Shown piece after piece: positions 57,201 to 64,000 of a DNA stretch of 64,000 bases. Numbering within the stretch: the first letter of the stretch is position 1; each line of letters opens with the position of its first letter. Under the pieces are notes generated by a model. The model searched no databases. It saw only the letters and a program-made list of their open reading frames with translations, and had not been told where the DNA came from. The DNA lies in the sequence record MW021758.1. One strand, 5' to 3'. A program made the translations under genes and the position numbers.

Positions 57201-57205
57201 TGGTT

Positions 57206-59218
57206 TTAGGAAACGATGGAGACTGCGCGCCAGGTACCAGGGCTACCTGCTGTAACGCATCGCCAGTGAGTAACTCCGCCTGCAGTGGGTGCAGTATTCC
57301 AACACAAATCACCTACTCTGAATGATCCAGTAGTCGGGGCACTTGTACCAACTACCTGTTTGAACGTAGGTGTTACCCAACGGACTCCGTTACTTGTTTG
57401 AGTAAACGTACCAAGGACTTTGTTATTACCCCACATCCCACCACCGGAACCATAGTTAGCATCCCCAGTTATATAACATCCATCCATGAACACATTAGTC
57501 GTATCGTCGGCAATAGTTACATTGGCACCGAAATAGCAACTTCTGATAGTCATCCGAAGATCAGCTCCGGCATGGGTCGTTGTGAAGTCACCGACGAAAG
57601 TACATTTATCAAACCAGATATCTGAGTTAGGGTACGCCAACGTAACTGGTTGAGAAAAGTTACAGTACTCGAACTTAGTGAAACGTTTACGAGCCAGACC
57701 TGGGATAGAGTAGAAACTTATCCCGTGGAATTCGGCGCGGCTAGTCACGTCGTTTAGCATCGTGTACACAATACCTGGGGAGCACCGTACATCGCGAAGA
57801 TATAGCTCCCCGTAGTTGTGTTGGATCCCCTGGTATTCGGCAATACCACCGCCATTGATTTTAGTTACACCCTGTTGCATCTTAAGGAAGTAAGGTGTAG
57901 GTGCACCTTTGATGTCCCAGTTAGCGTTAAACTCAACATGGCAGTTATTGATGTAGTTCTCGATACCCCAGTTAAGATCCATCACTGGGCAAACGTGGTT
58001 GTCTTCAAATTGACAGTCGTTAAAACGAAGGTAGTTACAGAAGTCATTGGATATAGTACTGACTGCAACGATAGGCGACTCTACCGTTTTAGTCATGTCG
58101 AAGGTATCGACGTTAGAGGTACGATCTCCCGACGTACGACCGCAATCCCATACGTTAAAGAAGTTGAAATCGCTATCCTGACTTTTATCGAGATAAAGAC
58201 CAGCTCCGTTGAAACGCTCTACGTTAACGTAGCTGAACAGAGACTGATATTGGTATTGAAGGTATATACCGCGGCAAGTACTCATGTTACCTAACAGCTG
58301 AATATTACTTATTTCAATCCCAGCGAAACCTGCCTCCATGGCATTGGTAGTGGGGTTACGGCCTGGGAAGTGAAGAGCTCCGTAGGTTTCGTAACCTGGC
58401 CCGATCTGAACGGAGATTGTAGTTGAGTCTTTGACGCCACAACCGCGAAGTTTAATCCCACAGTTAGTCTGGAATACGATCGGGGTACGAATTACAATTG
58501 GGTTAGCGTTACTTCCCTGAGGAAGCATCAGTATCTTTTTACGGGATGCATCGGCCGCTTTCTTCAGTGCAATGGCGTTATCTGCCTGAGAATAATGCAC
58601 ACCCCACCACTCGGCATGGTTGGTAGATGTATCAACGATAACGCGTTTCCAACGGGCTCCTCCCGGAGTAACTGCCACTGTACCGGAGTTATCTGCTGCA
58701 TTTTTATCCGATACGTCATGGAAGAATTCTCCGCCGCCGTAGTTAGCGCCTTCTCGATATCCGCTGAGTAAAACTCGCTGGCCAGGGAAGGTAGGTTCTG
58801 TTGCTCGTAACTCATCGAATGATTTGATCTGACCAATCAATCCGAACCCGACACTAGAACGTATTTGTTCAAGATGTTTAACAAGTTCTTTGGTTGGTTC
58901 CCTGAGCGGATTCCCTGACATATCGAGAACCGGGGATGCAATCCCACCCATGTTCACGTAACGGTAAACGAACTCTTTCGAGTCATCAACGAATACGTAA
59001 AACTGTTGATCTTTAACGGTTGCTGCAATAGCTGCGTTCAAGTCAGAGAATGCGTTACCGTAATCCATCAGCTTACGCAATTCGCTGACAGTGATACGTT
59101 GAGTCTCTAACTTATCTGCTCCCGTTATACGAGATGCCGCGAAGATATCGCTATCGTTAATCCCAGTCCCGGTAGGTTCGGGTAACTGAGATATTTTAAC
59201 TGGTGATTTATCGGCCAT
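57206..59218 (-). CDS. tailspike/putative depolymerase with KISQLP anchor
   Basis: anchor + head + beta-helix; C-terminal GD..WN..P..GG...WRCVTAG.PGTW. Confidence 0.8.
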   Translation of the reverse strand: MADKSPVKISQLPEPTGTGINDSDIFAASRITGADKLETQRITVSELRKLMDYGNAFSDLNAAIAATVKDQQFYVFVDDSKEFVYRYVNMGGIASPVLDMSGNPLREPTKELVKHLEQIRSSVGFGLIGQIKSFDELRATEPTFPGQRVLLSGYREGANYGGGEFFHDVSDKNAADNSGTVAVTPGGARWKRVIVDTSTNHAEWWGVHYSQADNAIALKKAADASRKKILMLPQGSNANPIVIRTPIVFQTNCGIKLRGCGVKDSTTISVQIGPGYETYGALHFPGRNPTTNAMEAGFAGIEISNIQLLGNMSTCRGIYLQYQYQSLFSYVNVERFNGAGLYLDKSQDSDFNFFNVWDCGRTSGDRTSNVDTFDMTKTVESPIVAVSTISNDFCNYLRFNDCQFEDNHVCPVMDLNWGIENYINNCHVEFNANWDIKGAPTPYFLKMQQGVTKINGGGIAEYQGIQHNYGELYLRDVRCSPGIVYTMLNDVTSRAEFHGISFYSIPGLARKRFTKFEYCNFSQPVTLAYPNSDIWFDKCTFVGDFTTTHAGADLRMTIRSCYFGANVTIADDTTNVFMDGCYITGDANYGSGGGMWGNNKVLGTFTQTSNGVRWVTPTFKQVVGTSAPTTGSFRVGDLCWNTAPTAGGVTHWRCVTAGSPGTWRAVSIVS

Positions 59219-59258
59219 TGTATACTTATCCTGATTGTTTTAGGAAACTGTCATATGA

Positions 59259-59293
59259 ACAAACATAGGCCAGGGAAACCCCTGGCCGTATGA
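59259..59293. repeat. 35-nt direct repeat copy A1 (terminator hairpin)
   Basis: acaaacataggccagggaaacccctggccgtatga, identical to 61466..61500; TATG element at 59251..59260. Confidence 0.9.
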
Positions 59294-61426
59294 CTAGATG
59301 ATATTGTTCTGGGTAATAGTAGACCCTTGACCAACCTGTACTTTACCCGTAGTACCCGCTCCAAGACGACTATTGGCGATTAATACGTTTACGTTATTAG
59401 CATCGGATGTAATATCGTAAAGTGGTTTATTCGCATTAGCCGAAGACGATACTCCGCTGAGGATACTGTTACGTACACCCAGTAACCGGATCGGATAAAA
59501 TGCAGATGGAGTTTTAACTCCCGCATCATTGATGTTGAACTTGATATTACTTTCAACAACGCCGTTCAATGTCATACCGTGTTCAGGGACGTTCACCAAC
59601 TTAACATCTAAGTTAGAGTAACGACAGCCAACTGCTTCCAGCGCGTCCTGTGCAGGCGACTCAACGTAGAGGTCTAAGTCCATGTTGTTACAGTTAGAGA
59701 AAGTACAGCCGCGGCGTTGAGCATTGATCAAACGGATACTGCCCGTAATCCGATTACTGTCGGTAATAACCACCCCGTTGAGTGTCTTGGTCGTGGAGAC
59801 ATTATCCGCCACCAAATCAACTTTACCCGAGGAAGACGTAATCGTAATAGCGGAGCCAGCGGCATCTGTAACACGACCGGTCATTTGGAAGTTGGTGCAG
59901 TTGGTAATCTCAATCGTGGTTACGTTACCGGTGCTCTGGGTAAGGATAACGTTATCCAACAGAACCGGTTGGTAAAGATCACGAATACCTATCACGGTGC
60001 GAAGCGTATTTACAAATACGTTTCCGATAGCCTTGATACCTTTAATCAAATCACCTGCTGCGATGAAGTCTGGGTTAACCGTACCGAAACCAAAACCGCC
60101 ATAACAGTTAATGAAATAGTTGTTGAGGTAAGTACCGTTACTAGCTTCGTCAGCGTTCTTGGTATCTTCAGCGTTATTCGCAATACCCGCGCCTTTCTTA
60201 CCATTACCGATATTGATGAAGCGACAGCTTTTGATCAAGGTATCACGACCTTTGTTGACGATACCGTCTCCGTAGAAGGTTCCGTCTCGGTGAGCTACCT
60301 GGGCGCTATTGACAACATCACATTCAACAAACTCATTACGGAGACAACCGCCGCGTACAGTAACCGAGTCTTCACCTGCGTTAATGAAAGTACAGCGGAT
60401 AAACTGGTTATCGGTGGAGTTATTCTGCAGCCCCAAGTTATCGAACTTACCGTTCTTGAATGTCACGTTAGTAAAGACGCAATTCGTCCAGTTGTCTAAC
60501 GTGTTCTCGCCAAACTCAAAGCCTAATGCACCCGTAGTATCGACATAGTTGACGTCAATAGTCAGGTCTTTAAAGATAGCTCCAGTTACGGCAGTACTTC
60601 CGTTTGCGCGGTCGTTATCAACGCCAGCGGCTGTAGTCGGAGAAGAGATAAACGGAATTCGGTTACCTGTCCCTCTGAATACGATAGAAGCACCGTTACC
60701 AATCCAGCCGGCTTTAGAATAATGTTTTACCGGGGATGAGTAATAATAGGTTTTACCTGGGGAGAGGGTAATAGGGCCTACTTGTGCTTTCTGAGATGCA
60801 CGCATTGCTTCAGTATCGTCTACTTGACCGCCACCGAAATCTTCGAGCGTAAAGGCAGTCTTGTTCCGCTTCCAATAAAAGCCATCACCTGAGGCAGTAG
60901 TACCGCCATCATCGTTAGCTGTCCCTGCGTACCCCACAAATTCCCCGGATCCCAAAGAGCTACCAGAGAAATACCCAGCCAGGATAACACGTTGGCCTGT
61001 GTAGGTAGGTTTGATAGAACGCAGCGCGGAGAAATTGTCAACCTTACCAATGATATCGTAACCGGACGTCTCAGAGATAGCAGTTACGTTCAGCATGGAA
61101 AGATAAGTAGGGAAGCGGCGTTGTTTGCCATCGGAACCAATGACGGGCGATGCCTGGTTACGAACTCTCATGTACTGAAGAACGGAGAACTTAGCCGCGG
61201 TGTCGTAAACAAAGAACATCTCGTTATCGTCTACGGAAGCTAAACCTTCGGCGATAGTGTTAGCTGCGTTACTGAAGTAGACACCCTCACGAATATCGTA
61301 GAGAGAAGCTACGCTAGTTTGATCCAACTTAGTGTCGTTGGTATTGATGATAAACTGATCGTTCTCCATAACTTCCTTTTTAGGTAAGTCGGAGATCTTA
61401 GTAAATTTCATTGGGGAGACTGGCAT
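59294..61426 (-). CDS. tailspike/putative depolymerase with KISDLP anchor
   Basis: anchor + head + pectate-lyase-like beta-helix; start set at MPVSP. Confidence 0.8.
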   Translation of the reverse strand: MPVSPMKFTKISDLPKKEVMENDQFIINTNDTKLDQTSVASLYDIREGVYFSNAANTIAEGLASVDDNEMFFVYDTAAKFSVLQYMRVRNQASPVIGSDGKQRRFPTYLSMLNVTAISETSGYDIIGKVDNFSALRSIKPTYTGQRVILAGYFSGSSLGSGEFVGYAGTANDDGGTTASGDGFYWKRNKTAFTLEDFGGGQVDDTEAMRASQKAQVGPITLSPGKTYYYSSPVKHYSKAGWIGNGASIVFRGTGNRIPFISSPTTAAGVDNDRANGSTAVTGAIFKDLTIDVNYVDTTGALGFEFGENTLDNWTNCVFTNVTFKNGKFDNLGLQNNSTDNQFIRCTFINAGEDSVTVRGGCLRNEFVECDVVNSAQVAHRDGTFYGDGIVNKGRDTLIKSCRFINIGNGKKGAGIANNAEDTKNADEASNGTYLNNYFINCYGGFGFGTVNPDFIAAGDLIKGIKAIGNVFVNTLRTVIGIRDLYQPVLLDNVILTQSTGNVTTIEITNCTNFQMTGRVTDAAGSAITITSSSGKVDLVADNVSTTKTLNGVVITDSNRITGSIRLINAQRRGCTFSNCNNMDLDLYVESPAQDALEAVGCRYSNLDVKLVNVPEHGMTLNGVVESNIKFNINDAGVKTPSAFYPIRLLGVRNSILSGVSSSANANKPLYDITSDANNVNVLIANSRLGAGTTGKVQVGQGSTITQNNII

Positions 61427-61453
61427 GTCATGGCCCTTTTCCAATTGAGTTAT

Positions 61454-61464
61454 TTCATAGGAAC
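61454..61464 (-). promoter_or_regulatory. late promoter (TATG)
   Basis: GTTCCTATGAA. Confidence 0.65.
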
Positions 61465-61465
61465 G

Positions 61466-61500
61466 ACAAACATAGGCCAGGGAAACCCCTGGCCGTATGA
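61466..61500. repeat. 35-nt direct repeat copy A2 (terminator hairpin)
   Basis: identical to 59259..59293. Confidence 0.9.
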
Positions 61501-61503
61501 TCG

Positions 61504-63924
61504 TTAAATGTTAGGCATCTCAAAACATTCTAGTGTAACAACTGCGTTAGTCAACGTCACTGTAGCAGCAGTCGTGTTAACAAATCGAATCGTTACTTCC
61601 CCATCCTTGGTGCAATCGCACTGAATCATTACACCATTACGATTGACCGAACACCAAACTTTACCGACGGCCCAGGTACCTTTAACTTTTGAATCTTGTG
61701 CCACGATCACCGCAGTCCCGTTGGCCGGTACCGATTGAGTAAACGTATTAGACTTGACGTAATACGGAGTGAACTCAACAGCGGCCTTTTTACCAGTTTC
61801 ATCGATAACTACGTAAGTACTCGCTCCTCCCTCTGGGGCAACTAAGGAAATGCGATCGCCCTTTTTGTAGTTAACCAGGGAAGATAAAGTCGAGTCGTAC
61901 ATGTAGTCGTTGTTACCAAACTCAGCCCTACTCAACCCTAAGGACCTGATAGAGTCAGCACCGATGGTAAAGTTACATACCGAAGGGGCCTTGGTAATAT
62001 AAATATTATCTCGGAACATGGAATGACCGTAAGGTAGCCCGGAAGTGACGAACGCCAGAACACCGTACGTACTCGCTGTATCGATGTTGTTGTTAGTGAA
62101 GATCATATTCTTAGTTGCTGACATCCGAATATGACCCATATTGGTATCCTTCACTAAGTTGTTACTGAAGGTCACCGATTCAGATAATTTTATCCATACC
62201 GAGTTAGCGCCTGGGGAAGTAAACGGAGATCCGATAAATTGGTTAGCGTTAATTAACGCGTTCCCGGAGGCCATGATAGCTACTCTACCATTGACTACTG
62301 TATTCCCAGTTACAGTACCGGTACCGATGTCTAACGATGGGAAATCGCCATTAGTCTTGTAGCCGGCATTCTCAATTACGTTACCTGTTACACTAACATA
62401 ATCTACCGTAATGCCACGGTTTGAACGGAACCCGATACCAACCTCGCCAATATCCTTTAGGATGTTGCCACTTACTGAGAAACGTAATACTGGGTTAAGT
62501 GCAGGGTTATTGAATGGCGTGGTATCAATAACTAAACCGAATCGCGTGACGCCAGTAATGATGTTACCTTGGATAACCGCGCTGGTTAAGTTATTGAACG
62601 CTATACCATAGCTCAAATTACGACAGGTATTACGAGAAACGACTAATCCGTCCATCGTGGTACTAGATCCGCCGGCACCGTTAATATTTTCGTCATTAAG
62701 AGTTATACCACCGCCGCGTTGACCGACAGCGGCAACTGGATCGATCAGACCATCATAAACGAAGTTATCTACTATCTGACCATCGTGGCACTCGATGTTA
62801 CCCGTCTTCATTAAAATCCCATCTCCGTGATGGTGGAAGACGTGGTTACCTCTGACAATAAAGTTACGGCTGCTACGGATGGCAATACCTTCTTCGCCTA
62901 ATTCGTGCGTTTTGTTGTTTTCAATCAGGACTCGGTCGGAGTTACTTACCGAGATAGCGTCGGTTTGTAACGAGATATCGTTGTCCCGAATAGTCAAGTC
63001 TTTTACCCGAGTCAACTGGATAGCAGTTGCGCCCTTACTCCACATAGTAGCCGGTTTATCGACAGCCCTGCTGATAATCAACCCTTGAATAAGAAGTGAC
63101 TCTAAGTCTGATCCGGTGAATAATATCAGAGTAAGGTCTTGGGAGTCAATAAAGATTTCCCCTGGACCGATGATGGATGTAAAGCTTGTCAACTCAAAAG
63201 ACTTATTTACCCTGTAGTTTCTAGTCAACTTAACAATGATGTTATTATCACTTTTTCCGTTGAGCTTACAAAACGCCAAAGCATTGTCTATCGAGTCATT
63301 ATCTACATTTACGCCATCACCGACTGCGCCGAACATCTCTAAGTTTATTTCATTACCTAACAGACGTTTCCATGAGTAATTACCATTACTGACAGATGCG
63401 ACCGTACCACCGTCATCGACTGAGTAGGTTAGCGAGGATATAAATGCACCCCCGCCTAAATGGCTACCGGAATGAAATCCGTTGAGGTAAACTACCTGAC
63501 CCTCTTTAGTAGGTACTAAATTACGCAATGAATCGTAGGAGTCTACTCGTCCAACAACTCCGAAACCAAACGGGCCGCCTAGGTCACCTATAGTCTTAAG
63601 TGCGATACCCGTGCCCTCTATAATCTGTTTCCCGTCTTCACCAACAACAGGACTGGCGACGTCGTTTATTTTCAAATACCGAGCAACTGTTAACTTATCT
63701 GCATCGTTATAGACGTAGAAAGAGTCGCCGTTATTAGTAATATCTAATCCTTCTTCGATACTGTTGAATGCGTCATTGAACAATATTGCAGAACGAATAT
63801 TGGTAATATCAGCCTGTCTGGTAATCGGCAAACCTCGCGTGGTTGTATTATTCAGCGGGATAGCATCACTTTCCCGTACAACAGTAGCCTTACCGAGCTC
63901 AGATATTTTAACCTGATCAACCAT
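61504..63924 (-). CDS. tailspike/putative depolymerase with KISEL anchor
   Basis: anchor + head + right-handed beta-helix (I.GN...N repeats). Confidence 0.8.
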   Translation of the reverse strand: MVDQVKISELGKATVVRESDAIPLNNTTTRGLPITRQADITNIRSAILFNDAFNSIEEGLDITNNGDSFYVYNDADKLTVARYLKINDVASPVVGEDGKQIIEGTGIALKTIGDLGGPFGFGVVGRVDSYDSLRNLVPTKEGQVVYLNGFHSGSHLGGGAFISSLTYSVDDGGTVASVSNGNYSWKRLLGNEINLEMFGAVGDGVNVDNDSIDNALAFCKLNGKSDNNIIVKLTRNYRVNKSFELTSFTSIIGPGEIFIDSQDLTLILFTGSDLESLLIQGLIISRAVDKPATMWSKGATAIQLTRVKDLTIRDNDISLQTDAISVSNSDRVLIENNKTHELGEEGIAIRSSRNFIVRGNHVFHHHGDGILMKTGNIECHDGQIVDNFVYDGLIDPVAAVGQRGGGITLNDENINGAGGSSTTMDGLVVSRNTCRNLSYGIAFNNLTSAVIQGNIITGVTRFGLVIDTTPFNNPALNPVLRFSVSGNILKDIGEVGIGFRSNRGITVDYVSVTGNVIENAGYKTNGDFPSLDIGTGTVTGNTVVNGRVAIMASGNALINANQFIGSPFTSPGANSVWIKLSESVTFSNNLVKDTNMGHIRMSATKNMIFTNNNIDTASTYGVLAFVTSGLPYGHSMFRDNIYITKAPSVCNFTIGADSIRSLGLSRAEFGNNDYMYDSTLSSLVNYKKGDRISLVAPEGGASTYVVIDETGKKAAVEFTPYYVKSNTFTQSVPANGTAVIVAQDSKVKGTWAVGKVWCSVNRNGVMIQCDCTKDGEVTIRFVNTTAATVTLTNAVVTLECFEMPNI

Positions 63925-63953
63925 TTTATTTACCTTACAAAGTCTGTTTAGAT

Positions 63954-63965
63954 TTCATAGGAAAC
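63954..63965 (-). promoter_or_regulatory. late promoter (TATG)
   Basis: GTTTCCTATGAA. Confidence 0.65.
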
Positions 63966-63971
63966 GATATA

Positions 63972-63995
63972 AGGAGAGGGCCGAAGCCCTCTCCT
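63972..63995 (-). terminator. terminator with cUUCGg loop
   Basis: aggagagggc-cgaa-gccctctcct. Confidence 0.75.
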
Positions 63996-64000
63996 CTATT

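Noticed and set aside
59717-60499. 260-aa plus-strand ORF (and similar ones inside the tailspikes)
   Set aside because: Antisense to beta-helix genes; typical shadow frames.
37038-63924. Diversity-generating retroelement or invertase shufflon acting on tail genes
   Set aside because: No reverse transcriptase, TR/VR pair, site-specific recombinase or inverted crossover sites seen in the window.
53232-63995. CRISPR-like array from the recurring hairpin repeats
   Set aside because: Repeats are kilobases apart with genes between them; no short spacers or cas genes.
1-64000. tRNA/rRNA genes, integrase, transposase, holin-endolysin cassette
   Set aside because: No cloverleaf or catalytic signatures found by inspection; the hydrophobic ORFs lack an adjacent lysin. 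A tRNAscan-SE run would be decisive for tRNAs.

Overview
Segment of a large lytic dsDNA phage genome, most likely a phiKZ-like jumbo myovirus of an enterobacterial host. This is an inference from the phiKZ-type early promoter core (TATATTAC) and late core (TATG), two phiKZ-type virion-protein N-termini, dense near-single-strand coding and cUUCGg terminators. No chimallin, RNAP or capsid gene lies in the window, so the assignment is unconfirmed. All genes but one are on the minus strand. 1-37 kb is an accessory/early region of short ORFs with nucleotide-metabolism genes (tdk, DHFR, thyA, a dUTPase fused to a duplicated domain, phoH). It also holds host-interaction candidates: an HD hydrolase fragment, a BCS1-like AAA ATPase, an ART-like protein, a NADAR-like protein, an SspB homolog, an unannotated acidic 38-aa peptide and five exported disulfide paralogs (four C-x22-C). 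37-64 kb is an array of 10 tail-fibre/tailspike genes (about 11 receptor-binding modules), interrupted at 41.3-44.3 kb by small genes. Most tailspike genes are bracketed by a terminator plus TATG late-promoter module. Two are flanked by exact direct repeats (35 nt and 20 nt), suggesting exchangeable receptor-binding cassettes. No tRNA, rRNA, CRISPR array, integrase or transposase was seen.
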